Part shown: piece by piece, positions 35,744 through 47,759 of the stretch
Layout: every line of letters begins with the position of its first letter
How positions within the stretch are numbered: the stretch's first letter is position 1
Origin: Piromyces finnis finn
Lineage: Eukaryota; Fungi; Neocallimastigomycota
Direction of reading: 5' to 3'
DNA length: 64,000 nt
NCBI GenBank assembly: GCA_002104945.1
Contig: MCFH01000038.1
Location: forward strand, 475,434 to 539,433
Notes under the pieces: generated by a model
Database searches by the model: none
Seen by the model: the letters and a program-made list of their open reading frames with translations, nothing else
What the model was told of the DNA's origin: nothing
Translations under genes and position numbers: made by a program

Positions 35744-38700
35744 TTGGAGGGTTTAATTAGTGAATTTGAAAATTTGAATTTGGAAATGGGTGATAGGAAT
35801 GTGGGTGTTTCCGGGAACTCGGGGAACATTATTAATGCTCCACCGATATTCTCTGGTAAACAACGTGAATTAGATGGATTTTTAACTAGAGTGGAGTTGG
35901 TATTTCGTACTCGACCGACACTGTATAATACAGATCGAGTCAAGGTCGACTTCGTTATATCATACTTCTCTGGTAAACCTTTGGAATGGGCTTCAGTGTT
36001 GATGAAGAATAATAGTGGGGTTTTAAACCATTATGATGAATTTGTAGATAGGTTGAAGGCTAATTTTGGCAGTTATAGATACGATACCGTTGTAGCTAAC
36101 GGTAAATTAGATAATCTTCGCCAAAGGAAACTTGGTCAGGTATTAGATTACATTACCGAGTTTCAACGTATTAGCCAAAATTCAAGCTTTAATGATAGCG
36201 CAAAAATCTACATGTTTCTGAAAGGTTTATTACCACCACTTAGGGAGAAGTTGGCTTTCATTGAATCAAACTCAACTTCAATTGAACAATTGATTTCTTC
36301 AACTATTTTAGTTGAAGATATGATGAAAAGGAATTCTTTAAGTGAATTTTATTTTAATGGTAGAAGGGCTAATGATCCTATGGATGTGGATGTATTTAAA
36401 ATTAGTAGAGAGAATAAACGAAAAAGGTATGTGAATATTCAAGGATCAAGTAAAAATTACAATGAAAACATAGATAACTTTGAAGAAGAAAAGAAAAAAG
36501 GGTTATGTTTTCTTTGTAAACAACCGGGACATTTAAAATTTAATTGTCCTAATAGAGTAAAGCCCAGAAAAGTGTTAAGAATTGTTAAAGAAAGGACTCC
36601 AAAAATTGTTAATCCAAAAATTTACAAAGTTGGAGTCAAGGGAGTGAAAAGTGATTTAAACCTTGTGGATTTTTACTTGAGTACCAATGAAGTTTCGGAA
36701 GTTAAAATTAAGGTTTTAATTGATTCCGGTTCTGAATTAAATTTCATTAATCCAAGTCTTGCTGAAGACCTTGGTATTAATTTGGAAAAAGTAGAACCAT
36801 TCCGTGTATCTGGTGTTAGTGATGGAGTTGTTAGTGTTTGGGAAAGGACTGAGAAGTGCATGCTCCGTTGCAAAAATCACTTCGAAGTAATTCAACTTTA
36901 TGGATTACAAGTCCCCGGTGTTGATGTTATTCTTGGTTTGCCGTGGATAAAGAAGCATAATCCAAATGCTTTCTACGACTCTAAGAAAATCGCTTTTAGT
37001 TCTGGTTATTGTGCCAGACATTGTAATAAAGGCAAAAGAAAGAGAAAACCAAGAAAGAAGTCAAAGAATGATCAGTTAGATCATGATGTTCTCGACCGAA
37101 GCTTGACCAAAAAGCCGAAAGTAGATCCCTCTGTCCCAAACAATGAAGAAAAAGAATATGTTAAAGGCCGCCTTGTTAGAACCATCAATGATGAAGATGA
37201 TAGCGATGATGAATATATTAGTTTTAATAAAAAAGTTAAATGTATTGTAACAAAAATTAATGAAACATGTAATAATGATAACGAATCATGTAGTAATAAT
37301 AATAATAATGGAAAAGATATTAATAAAGATAAATTGGTCGCCGTACCAACCCAATATTTAGAATTTAGTGAAGTGTTTAATGAAAAAAATTGTGAAGTGT
37401 TACCTCCTCATAGACCTTATGATTGTGAAATCAAACTTAAAGATGATTCGACTTTATTTTATGGACCTTTGTATCCATTAACTGAAGTTGAAAGAGAGGA
37501 ACTTAAAAAATATATTGATGATAATTTAAATAAAGGTTTTATTAGGAAATCATCGTCTCCTGCTGGTGCCCCAATTTTATTTGTTAAAAAGAAGGATGGC
37601 TCCCTAAGACTTTGTATCGATTATAGAAAGTTGAATGATATTACCATTCGTAATTCATATCCTTTACCTTTAATTAGTGACCTTTTGGATAGGGTGAAAA
37701 ATGCTAAGATTTTTACTAAATTAGACCTTAAATCCGCTTATAATCTTGTTCGTATTAAAGAAGGTGACGAATACAAAACGGCTTTTCGTACTAGATATGG
37801 ACATTTTGAATATCTGGTTATGTCTTTTGGATTAAAGAATGCACCTGCAACTTTTCAACACTTCATTAACGATGTCCTTAGTGACTATTTAGACGATTTT
37901 GTTATCTCATATATTGATGATATTCTTATTTATTCTAATAATATCGAAGAACATCATGAGCATGTTAAAAAGGTACTTAAGAAACTACTTGAAAATAATC
38001 TTTATGTTAAATTAGAAAAATGTGAGTTTGATGTTGAGAAAACCACTTTTCTTGGTTATGTCATTTCAAAGGATGGATTGCAAATGGATGAGAATAAAAT
38101 TAAAGCAATTCTCGATTGGCCGGTTCCCAAGAATGTTAAAGAGGTTCAGTCTTTTATTGGTTTATGCAACTATTACAGAATTTTTATTAAAGACTTTGCT
38201 AAAATTGCAAACCCTCTTCACAAACTCACTAGAAAGAATGTTGCTTTTAACTGGGTGAAAGAAGATCAGGACGCTTTTATTTTATTAAAATCTCTGTTCA
38301 CGTCAGCTCCTATTCTGAAACATGCGGATAGTAATAAACAATTTATTGTAGAAACTGATGCTAGTAATTATGCTGTCGGTGCTATTCTCTCTCAAGAATT
38401 TGATGGCAAATTACATCCTATTGCATTTCTTTCTAAAAGTTTGACGAGTTGTCAAAGAAACTATCCTATATATGACAAGGAACTTTTAGCTATTGTAGTT
38501 GCTCTTGAAGAATGGCGTCATTATTTAGAAGGTGCATGCCATCCGTTCATAATTTATACTGATCACAAGAATTTAACATTTCCTAGAAAACCTGAAATGT
38601 TATCTCAGAGACAAATTAGATGGAATTTGTTCTTATCCAGATTTGATTTTAAACTCATTTATAGAGCTGGAAAGAAATCCGGTAAGCCTGATATCCTGTC

Positions 38701-40336
38701 TCGTAGAAGTGACCATGTAGAGAATAATATTAATTCTGATGTTTCTTGTCTTACTATTTCGTTTCATCATAGCGATAACAAACCGTTAATCGATTCTATT
38801 TTATTAGAACTTAAAAATGACGATTTGTATAATTCTATTGTCCAATTTAAAATGAATGGTTCTGCATGTAATGCACCTATTAAAAATATTGATAAAGTTA
38901 TTATTGATAACGAAGGATTTTTGTTATATAATAATCTTATTTATGTTCCTAAATCTCTTAGGACAAGAGTTTTGGAACTTCATCATGATTCTGTTGCTGC
39001 TGGTCATTTCGGTATTAAGAAAACCACTGAACTGATTTCCAGAAACTTTTGGTGGCCAAGGTTTCATTCAGACGTTAAATCTTTTATCAAATCTTGCGTG
39101 ACTTGTTGCAAATCCAAAGTCCCCAGACATAAGCCTTATGGATTGTTATCCCCTTTGGACACTCCCAGTAGGCCCTGGTCTGATATTTCTATTGATTTTA
39201 TTGTTGATCTTCCTAAGTCCAGAGATATGACAACTCTCATGGTTGTTGTCGATAGATTTACTAAATTTGCTCACGCCATTCCTTTACGTTGTCTTCCTAC
39301 TGCTTCGATTGCTGCTGATGCTTTTATTGCTAATGTCTTCCGTTTGCATGGTCTTCCTGATTCCATCATTTCTGATAGAGGCTCGCAATTTACTTCTGAC
39401 TTTTGGTCAAGACTTTGTGACCTTCTTAATATCAATCATTCATTATCAACTGCCAACCATCCGCAGACAGATGGTCAAACGGAGAGGGTGAACGGCATAT
39501 TAGAACAATATTTCCGTTGTTTTATAAATAAAAAGCAGAATAACTGGGTTGATCTTATCCCATTTGCTGAATTTGCATATAATAATACTTTACAACAATC
39601 TATAAATCAATCCCCATTCTTTGCTAATTATGGTTTTCATCCAAAGTTCAGCTTGGAAATCCCGGCTAATGATAGACCTAGTAGAGCTGAACAAAGAGTA
39701 ATTGATATGAATGAAAACTTTAAATTATTAAAAGAAAACTTAGAAAAAGCAAAAGAAACATATAAGAAATATGCCGATATGAAGAGAATGATTCCCCCGG
39801 AGTTCGAAGTGGGAAAGAAGGTATGGTTATTGAAAGATTCTCCTGGAACTAACCTAAAGAGAAAATTAGCACCTCAAATGCTTGGCCCATTTGAGATAAT
39901 TGAAAAAGTTAGTTCTCTCGCTTTCAAATTGAAACTTCCAAAGACAATGAGATGTCATCCAGTCTTTCATGTTTCATTGTTAGAACCATACTTTGAAAAC
40001 AAGTTTAACGACAGGTCTAATCGTAGGAAGAGGAACATTCACCTTAACACAGATTTAATTGAAAAAATTCCAGAGAAAATTGAAAAGATGAAATCTGTTA
40101 ATGGTGAAACATTTTATAAGTTATCATGGAAAGGATTTGACAAATCCACTTGGATTTCTGAAGATCAGATTCCAGATAAACAATTAATACAAGAGTTTGA
40201 AAGAAACTCTAAAAAGTCAAAATATAAGTCGAACGACTCCTCCATGAAAATTAGAAAGAATAAAGTTGGTAATCTAATCAAGCACAGATACCAACCATTT
40301 GTAATTGAAATTCCTTCGAGAAAAGATTCCTTATAA
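35744..40336 (+). CDS. Gag-Pol polyprotein of element B (single ORF with CCHC, protease, RT, RNase H, integrase, chromodomain)
   Basis: CFLCKQPGHLKFNC; LIDSGS; YIDD; ETDAS; HHD..AGH...CVTC; GPF; YKLSWKGFDKSTWISE. First ATG is about 35786; the listed start is TTG. Confidence 0.95.
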   Translation: MEGLISEFENLNLEMGDRNVGVSGNSGNIINAPPIFSGKQRELDGFLTRVELVFRTRPTLYNTDRVKVDFVISYFSGKPLEWASVLMKNNSGVLNHYDEFVDRLKANFGSYRYDTVVANGKLDNLRQRKLGQVLDYITEFQRISQNSSFNDSAKIYMFLKGLLPPLREKLAFIESNSTSIEQLISSTILVEDMMKRNSLSEFYFNGRRANDPMDVDVFKISRENKRKRYVNIQGSSKNYNENIDNFEEEKKKGLCFLCKQPGHLKFNCPNRVKPRKVLRIVKERTPKIVNPKIYKVGVKGVKSDLNLVDFYLSTNEVSEVKIKVLIDSGSELNFINPSLAEDLGINLEKVEPFRVSGVSDGVVSVWERTEKCMLRCKNHFEVIQLYGLQVPGVDVILGLPWIKKHNPNAFYDSKKIAFSSGYCARHCNKGKRKRKPRKKSKNDQLDHDVLDRSLTKKPKVDPSVPNNEEKEYVKGRLVRTINDEDDSDDEYISFNKKVKCIVTKINETCNNDNESCSNNNNNGKDINKDKLVAVPTQYLEFSEVFNEKNCEVLPPHRPYDCEIKLKDDSTLFYGPLYPLTEVEREELKKYIDDNLNKGFIRKSSSPAGAPILFVKKKDGSLRLCIDYRKLNDITIRNSYPLPLISDLLDRVKNAKIFTKLDLKSAYNLVRIKEGDEYKTAFRTRYGHFEYLVMSFGLKNAPATFQHFINDVLSDYLDDFVISYIDDILIYSNNIEEHHEHVKKVLKKLLENNLYVKLEKCEFDVEKTTFLGYVISKDGLQMDENKIKAILDWPVPKNVKEVQSFIGLCNYYRIFIKDFAKIANPLHKLTRKNVAFNWVKEDQDAFILLKSLFTSAPILKHADSNKQFIVETDASNYAVGAILSQEFDGKLHPIAFLSKSLTSCQRNYPIYDKELLAIVVALEEWRHYLEGACHPFIIYTDHKNLTFPRKPEMLSQRQIRWNLFLSRFDFKLIYRAGKKSGKPDILSRRSDHVENNINSDVSCLTISFHHSDNKPLIDSILLELKNDDLYNSIVQFKMNGSACNAPIKNIDKVIIDNEGFLLYNNLIYVPKSLRTRVLELHHDSVAAGHFGIKKTTELISRNFWWPRFHSDVKSFIKSCVTCCKSKVPRHKPYGLLSPLDTPSRPWSDISIDFIVDLPKSRDMTTLMVVVDRFTKFAHAIPLRCLPTASIAADAFIANVFRLHGLPDSIISDRGSQFTSDFWSRLCDLLNINHSLSTANHPQTDGQTERVNGILEQYFRCFINKKQNNWVDLIPFAEFAYNNTLQQSINQSPFFANYGFHPKFSLEIPANDRPSRAEQRVIDMNENFKLLKENLEKAKETYKKYADMKRMIPPEFEVGKKVWLLKDSPGTNLKRKLAPQMLGPFEIIEKVSSLAFKLKLPKTMRCHPVFHVSLLEPYFENKFNDRSNRRKRNIHLNTDLIEKIPEKIEKMKSVNGETFYKLSWKGFDKSTWISEDQIPDKQLIQEFERNSKKSKYKSNDSSMKIRKNKVGNLIKHRYQPFVIEIPSRKDSL

Positions 40337-42469
40337 ATTAATCTCGCAGGAGCTCGACTTAGAGAGAGAGATTGTAAAGATATCAAACGCCTCTGTTTGA
40401 TATCTTTAATGTAACTTAAGCCACAAGTATTATTGTTTAAGTTACACAAATTATATTCAGAAAAAGAAAATGAGACATAATTTATTTATTAATAATTAAA
40501 GTTTAAAACAAAATAAATTATTAATTTATTTTTAATGTTTAACAAGTAAATTAATATTCTCAATTTAAATCCCTAGTTTTAGTATTGTTTTTTTATAGAA
40601 ATAGATAAATAATAAATGATTAATATATCAATAATACATGGGCACATATTCAAATTAAATGGTACTTAATTTGAATTGCCAATTGTATTTTACTAAAAAT
40701 AGTTATAGTTTAAATATTTATTAATAATTAAGATTTTAGTGTAGATTTTAAATAATAATATATAAGAAATAAATAGTTATAATATAATATAAATGTATTT
40801 AGGAAAAATATAAATAGAAGATATTTTTCATCATTTTATCGATGTAATTGTTATTATTAAAATTCTATTATAATAAAAGATATTTTTAATAAAACAATTT
40901 TTTATTTTTATTTTAAATTTAGTGTTATTGTAATAGAATAGATATCCTAATCTATTCTTTCAGTGTTTAACATTACAAATTACTAGGGCATACCTTATCC
41001 ACTGAAGGACTTAAGCCAATTCCTGAGAAAGTAAAGGTAATACTAAACTGGCTACCACCGAAAAGTGTTTCTCAATTGCGTTCGTTTTTAGGGGCTGTAA
41101 GTTACTACCGAAAATTTATTGACAAATTTGCGCAATATGCTAAACCACTATTTAAGTTATTAAAGAAAGACGAAGAGTTCAAATGGAGTCCAGAGGTGAA
41201 TAACTCATTTGAAATCTTATAATTAAGACTAATAGAAGCTCCAATACTAATACCACCGGATTTTGAAAAACCATTCAAGATTCAAACAGATGCATCACGT
41301 AATGGGATAGGTGGAGTGATTTTACAAATAGATGAAGATGGAATGGAGAAACCACTACACTTTGTAAGTAGGACACTGAATAAATCAGAAGAAAACTACA
41401 GTGTAACAGGTTTAGAAGGGACAGTTGCATACTATTGTTCTAAGAAATTCAAGCATTATATAGTAGGAAATACGTTGGAAACTGAATTAATCACCGACCA
41501 TAAACCGCTAGTTGGATTGATTAATAATAGCGAACCAACCAATAGTAGGCATCTTAAATGGGTCACTACGTTTAGTATATTAAAAATCAAAGTGTTGTAC
41601 GAAGAAGGAAAGAAGAATGTGATAGCTGACGCTCTATCAAGATTGACCAGTAAGGAAGAAAGTCAGTTAGCACCAAGACCAATTAATAACAAACAAACAA
41701 TCAACGTGATCGTGGATAATAATCGTAATACTACTACTAATAATAAAATAAGTAAGGATAACAATCAATATAAAAAATAAATGATTTTATTAATAGGAAA
41801 ATTATAACTATGGATGGCATACAATACTACAAAAGTAATGGGAAACTAAGAAGAATTATAGATGATGACGAAGAAAAATTCAGACTAATTGAAGCCGCTC
41901 ATTCTATCGGACATGAAGGTATATACAAGACCTATCATAGGTTAAAGAAGGAATTCTATTGGAAGGCATGAATAACGATGTAAAAATTTATATTAAGTGT
42001 TGTCCAAGATGCCAACAATTCAAGCCACAGAAATTTAATCTTTTTGTTGAAAGCATACCCACAAAGCCAGGTTTACCATTTTCAAAAGTAGGTCTAGACC
42101 TGGTAGGTCCGTTGCCAATAACAAATAAAGGCAATAAATACATTATTGTTCTAGTGGACTATTTAACTAAATGGGTGGAGGCTGAGGCTTTAAAGAATAT
42201 AGAACCTGACAATGTCATTGACTTTTTGAAGAGAGTATTTTCTCGCCATGGTATTCCTGAGGTTATAGTAGCATACAATGGGCCTCAATTTCGATCTGAT
42301 AAGACGAAGGCATTCCTGAATTTACATGACGTGTACGTCCAATACGTATCGACATATCACCCTGCATCTAATGGAGAAGTGGAAAACCGGAATAAGGAAA
42401 TAGTCAAATATCTGAAACTATTAGGTGATAAAGAAGATGAATGGGATGAAATACTGCCTAGTGCACTAT

Positions 42470-42985
42470 AATGCGTTTTTGAAAATATAAAACGCCATCG
42501 ACTATACTGAATAAAGAACTTTTAATATTCCCAGATTCAGTATTGACTTTAGAAAAGATATCCTGACAATATTTATCAGCTTTTTGAGCACTTATTAGTT
42601 TATCAATATTTTCATTCATGGAACAACAAAAGAGCTTATTTTTTATAATAGTATCAGGCCTTATTTTGATACTATCTTTATAGTCGGGACGTCTTGATAA
42701 AGCATCGGGCTTGCCACTACTTACACCCGATCTGTATGAGATCCTAAAGTCAAACTTGGAAAGGAAGAGACTCCAACGAATTTGTCTTTGATTCAAGTGT
42801 TGGGGTTTCTTGAAGTATAACAAATTCTTGTGGTTTGTAATAATTTGTACAGGATATTTGGAGCCTTCTAAGTGATGCCTCCAGGTATCGAAAGCAGTAA
42901 TAATTGCCAGAAGTTCTTTGTCATAAATCGTATAATTAACTTCGACTTTATTAAGAAACCTGGAGTGAAAAGCAACTGGATGAAG
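42470..42985 (-). pseudogene. Inverted RNase H/linker fragment of a family A-related pol
   Basis: LHPVAFHSRFLNKVEVNYTIYDKELLAIITAFDTWRHHLEG...LLYFKKPQHLNQRQIRW...GKPDALSRRPDYK...QKRIIV is colinear with element A pol at about 56735-57260. Confidence 0.9.
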
Positions 42986-43350
42986 ATATAAAACAAAATT
43001 TATTAATTAATAAAGAAAGAAAGAAGAATATAATTCCAATGCTGTGATGGCTAAACACAGGTATCTCAGGAATATTTTTTTCAAAGCTGTAATTACTGAA
43101 CACAAGACTTTTTGAACACTTTAATGCTTTACTCTCTCTCTTTGACATCTTTGTACAACTAAAAAATTAAATTTTTTAAAAATTTTTCTTGATAGGGGAA
43201 AAATTTATTAAAAATTTAAAATTTAAGTTGTAACACCAAAATTTTCTACGTTTGAATACTTTTTAACACCTTCTCATGCTCATGCTTAAATCCTTAGGTT
43301 TTATATATAATAAAAATATATAGATATATAAAAATTTATTTTTTATATTA

Positions 43351-43965
43351 TGTAAAGATATCAAACGCCTCAGCTTGGTATCTTTAATGTAACTTAAGCC
43401 ACAAGTATTATTGTTTAAGTTACATAAATTATATTACAGAAAAAGAAAATGAAACATAATTTATTTATTAATAATTAAAGTTTGAAATAAAATAAATTAT
43501 TAACTTATTTTTAATGTTTTACAAATAAATTAAATTTCTCAATTTAATTTCTTAGTTTTAGTATTGTTTTCTGATAGAAAAAGATAAATAGTATATAAAT
43601 AATAAATGATTAATATATAAATAATACATGGGCATATATTCAAATTGAATAGTACTTAATTTGAATTGCCTATTTAATTTTACTAAAATAGTTATAGTTT
43701 AAATATTTTATTAATAATTAAGATTTTAGCATAGGTTTTAAATAATAATATAAGAAATAAATAGTTATAATAATATAAATGTATTTAGGAAAAATATAAA
43801 TAGAAGATATTTTTCATCACTTTATCGATGTAATTGTTATTATTAATAAATTTCTATTATAATAAAAGATATTTCTAATAAAACAATTTTTATTTTTATT
43901 TTTTTAATTTTGGTGTTATTGTAATAGAAGATATCCTAATCTATTCTTTTAGTATTAATATTACA
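43351..43965 (+). mobile_element. Solo LTR, family B (subtype B2)
   Basis: TG...CA termini, TSD TATTA. Confidence 0.93.
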
Positions 43966-44178
43966 TATTATCTATTATTATTTTTATTACTTTTTTAAAG
44001 TATATAAAAAAATAAAGTTTACATAGAATAAAAAGGCTTATGAAAATATAACCAACAACTATGTAGTTTCTAGAGCACACTCTCTTATAATCCAAAAGCT
44101 CGAGAAAATACATAAGAAAAGTGCACTTTTTTGGAATTGGAAAGACAGGGGGTGACGTCATATATTATCAACATATTA

Positions 44179-44887
44179 TGTAAAGATATAAGATATATCT
44201 TTAAATTATTTAATAATTAATTAATAATTAAAATATTGATATTTTAATGGAAATTATTTATAAAATTTATTAAATAAATTTTATGGAATAATTAAATAAT
44301 AATTAATTTCAAAATATCAAGGTTAAGAAATGAATTTTGGATAAATATTTAAATTAATGGATAATTAAATTTAAATATTTTAAATATTCAAATTAAATCT
44401 TAAAAAGTTTTTATTTAACTAAAATTAGTTTAATAACTTTAGTGTAGTTTTAAAATAAGTTTTTTTAATAAGAAATATATTATAAATAGTATTATTAATA
44501 TTAAAATAATATATAAATAATACATGGACTGTATTCAATTTGCAGTTTACTCAAATTGAATCAAAGGTGTATTTAATTTGTTTTAGTTTAGTTTTATTAT
44601 TTTATTTATTTAATTTTGTATTAAATTAGTTTCGTTTATTTTATATTAAATATATGTATAATTTAATGAAAAATATATAATGAATGTAAATGAAAAAACA
44701 TATAAATACATGTATTTTTTCCAAATTTTAAATAAACGTAGTTGTTATTGACTATTATCTAGTTAATAACCTTTAAGAAGAAATATTAATTGAAATTTTT
44801 ATTTATTAATTTGTGTTTAATTTTTTTTTTATATTTTTTGTGTTTTATTGTAAAAATAATAATCTATTTTAAATTTATTATTTTACA
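44179..44887 (+). mobile_element. Solo LTR G, distantly B-related
   Basis: Starts TGTAAAGATAT like B, ends TTTTACA, TSD TATTA, equivalent hairpins. Confidence 0.75.
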
Positions 44888-45161
44888 TATTATGAGTTGA
44901 CTCTGTCCATTCAAAAATTGAATTTGAAAAAAAAAATTTTCACAAGCCTTAATTAATAATAAAAATGATATCCACCAGGTAGGCGATATTATTTGTATTA
45001 TTAATGCAATAACGATAGAAAAGCCTATTAAAAATAATAAATAAGAAGGTAATTCAATTTATTTTTTTATGTACTTTTTTTTACCACTTTATATTTATTA
45101 TTTAAGCCAAAACTACGATTTTTCCAACACCCTTAAGTCTACTTGGGAGTCAGCATATATT

Positions 45162-45495
45162 TGTAATGTTGAACACTAAAAGAATAGATTAGGATATCTA
45201 TTCTATTACAATAACACTAAATTTAAAATATAAATAAAAATTGTTTTATTAGAAATATCTTTTATAATAGAAATTTTATTAATAACAATTACATCGATAA
45301 AATGATGAAAAATATCTTCTATTTATATTTTTCCTAAATACATTTATATTATATTATAACTATTTATTTCTTATATATTATTATTTAAGATCTACACTAA
45401 AATCTTAATTATTAATAAATATTTAAACTATAACTATTTTTAGTAAAATACAATTGGCAATTCAAATTAAGTACTATTTAATTTGAATATGTGCC
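45162..45495 (-). mobile_element. Truncated family B LTR (3' half only)
   Basis: Reverse complement of the B LTR end; stops abruptly at a fold-back junction. Confidence 0.88.
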
Positions 45496-46386
45496 GGATA
45501 TATGTATATTAATAACCATTAATATACATATATCCGGCCAATAAATGATGACCAGAATATATGGTTTCAATTGAAATATTTGTGGGCAAACTTATGGCCA
45601 CAAGTGTAAAATATTCTAAACTAAGTTCAGGTTTGTATACACTCAATAGACTAAACTACACTTTAAATTATTTTTAATTTTTATATTTTATTTATTAAAT
45701 TATTTTAAATAACTAAACTAAAACAACCGTTGATTACTTTACCGTGAAGGATATTTTACCAGAGCCCTCACTAGGTAATCAATATTTATTATTAAAAAAA
45801 ACAACTAAACTAATTATAAACTAATGTTAATTTATCTAAACAAAATTAACCTATACGATTTTCCAACTATCGTTTCAATAGTTGAAAAATTTTCTTTATT
45901 TATACTTTTTAAATAAATTGAATAAATTCTAATATACATGTTTTAATATTATAATTTTACATTGTTTACATTTATACATTTATTAAAAGAAATTGTTTGT
46001 ATTAAACTATTTAAATTCAATTTATTTAATAAAGAATTTTCTAAACTTAAAATAAAGTTTTTATTTATTTACTATATGGTTGATTATATTTCAAACATAT
46101 ATTCAATTTATTTATTTCTAATTTTGAGGCTTAGTTTATAAAAAAAATTTTTTTATTATCTAAAATATTTATTGGTTAAAAATTATTTAATTTAAAATTC
46201 TATTTTATCATCAAAAACTTTATCTTATCAATAAGTTAAATTTTACATAAATTTATGTTAATGTATTGTGATGTAAATTTTTGTAAAATTTACGGTACAT
46301 TAATTCAATACATGATACATTAATATACATACGTATTAAATACATTATTTAACTAATTCAATATTTTATAACAAGTATTTCCTACA
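45493..46386. mobile_element. 5'-truncated LTR-like element D2 containing solo LTR N (45605-46370)
   Basis: Matches the end of D1 (51690-51806); N has TGTAAAATATT...AATATTTTATA termini and TSD ACAAG. Confidence 0.78.
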
Positions 46387-46387
46387 A

Positions 46388-47155
46388 TGTAAGAATAAAT
46401 ACTTATTATTTATTCTTAGTATTAAACATTACAAATAATTTATTTAGTTAATAATCATTAATCCATTAGATTATATTAATATATTTATTTATTATTATAG
46501 TTATTTGTTAAGTTAAATATTGTAAATATTTATTTAGTTAATAATTATTCATTCGCTATATTAGATTAATTAATTTATTTAATTATGTATTTATACATTC
46601 ATTTATATATATACTTGTATTATAAAAGATAAAACACATACTAATTACATTAATAATATTATACAACTATATATTAGTATGTAATAGGAAACCGGATATT
46701 AAGGTTTTACCCGTTATCAACGGTTTTACTTAATATTACGATGATTGGTATGATTAGAATATCAATCAAATAACTTTTTAGGTTTTTCTTCTAGTCTTTT
46801 CCTAAAAAGATTCTTGTTAAGATTAGAATGTTCTTAGAAATTTTAATTTAATAGAATAAAACATATAAATAGTACTCTTGAGTTCGATTTGAGAAATCAA
46901 GAGTTATTATTATAAGATTAATTATAATAAATAACTTTATACAAAATAATAAGTAATAAAATAAATATTAAAAAAACTATTAAATACACAAAATAATTCT
47001 GATACATTTGGTTTTGTTTATTATAATTTCTTATAATAAACTCATTAAGTTAAGTTTCTAATTTTACCTTTATTTTCACATTTTAATAATAGTTTATATT
47101 ATTAATTTAAAGCTAATAATTATTATTATATAATAAATATAATATAATTATTACA
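46388..47155 (+). mobile_element. Solo LTR, family A (diverged copy A1)
   Basis: TGTAAGAAT...ATTATTACA, TSD TACAA, conserved A-family core. Confidence 0.87.
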
Positions 47156-47161
47156 TACAAA

Positions 47162-47193
47162 TGATAAATAATTAAATTTATAAATTATGAATT

Positions 47194-47236
<43 letters not shown>

Positions 47237-47310
47237 TTAAAACACAGATATTTGAAAATTAAAATAATTAACATGTATAAAATTATTAAATTAAAAACTA
47301 TAAATGTAAA

Positions 47311-47341
<31 letters not shown>

Positions 47342-47754
47342 TAAATTAAATAGTTTATATTTGTTTATAATTATACTTTAAAATAATAATTTTGTATAAA
47401 TAGTGATAGAATTATTTTATTTTAAAAGATGTTCCTAATAATCCAGTAAAATTAGATAATAATATTAAATTTTATTAAAATAATAGTTGTGATTATATTT
47501 ACATACATTCAAGATGTATTAAACCATAACATATATATATTTAATAATACAAGAGTTATTAAATATTAAAACTTTATAATTAAATAAAATAATTTTATAT
47601 TTTAAACTAACAAAGACTTGCAAATGAACAAGTATAAAAATCATTTATTCTATTTTTATTTTCTTATTTATTTTTATTTATTAAATTTTAGATACAAATA
47701 TTATCACTTTCTATATTCCTTTAGAGAATTAAGATAATATTTTCTATTGTATAA
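47162..47754. mobile_element. Solo LTR-like element C2
   Basis: Near-identical to C1 without the B insertion; right terminus decayed; CAAA on both flanks. Confidence 0.78.
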
Positions 47755-47759
47755 CAAAA

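Larger units (their letters stand above)
34761..40977 (+). mobile_element. Full-length Ty3/gypsy chromovirus B; 605-bp LTRs at 34761-35365 and 40373-40977
   Basis: TG...CA LTRs with one visible mismatch, TSD AATTA, polypurine tract AGAGAGAGAG before the 3' LTR. Confidence 0.97.
32263..42476 (+). mobile_element. Degenerate Ty3/gypsy element K (gag with CCHC, protease, RT, RNase H, integrase), split by full-length element B
   Basis: CFRCGQSGHKLIEC; FLDSCAS; MPFGLCNAPATFQR; YIDD; RT resumes at 40978 (KLLGHTLSTEGL); TDASRNGIG; FSKVGLDLVGP...DYLTKW. Several stops and frameshifts. Confidence 0.92.

Noticed and set aside
31659-43965. Inverted B2 LTR pair as the ends of one composite element
   Set aside because: The right copy has its own TSD (TATTA), so these are independent insertions.
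47162-47754. Idea that element C itself contains a Pol III promoter attracting family A on both sides
   Set aside because: No A/B-box-like sequence found; sequential tRNA-anchored insertion explains the arrangement more simply.
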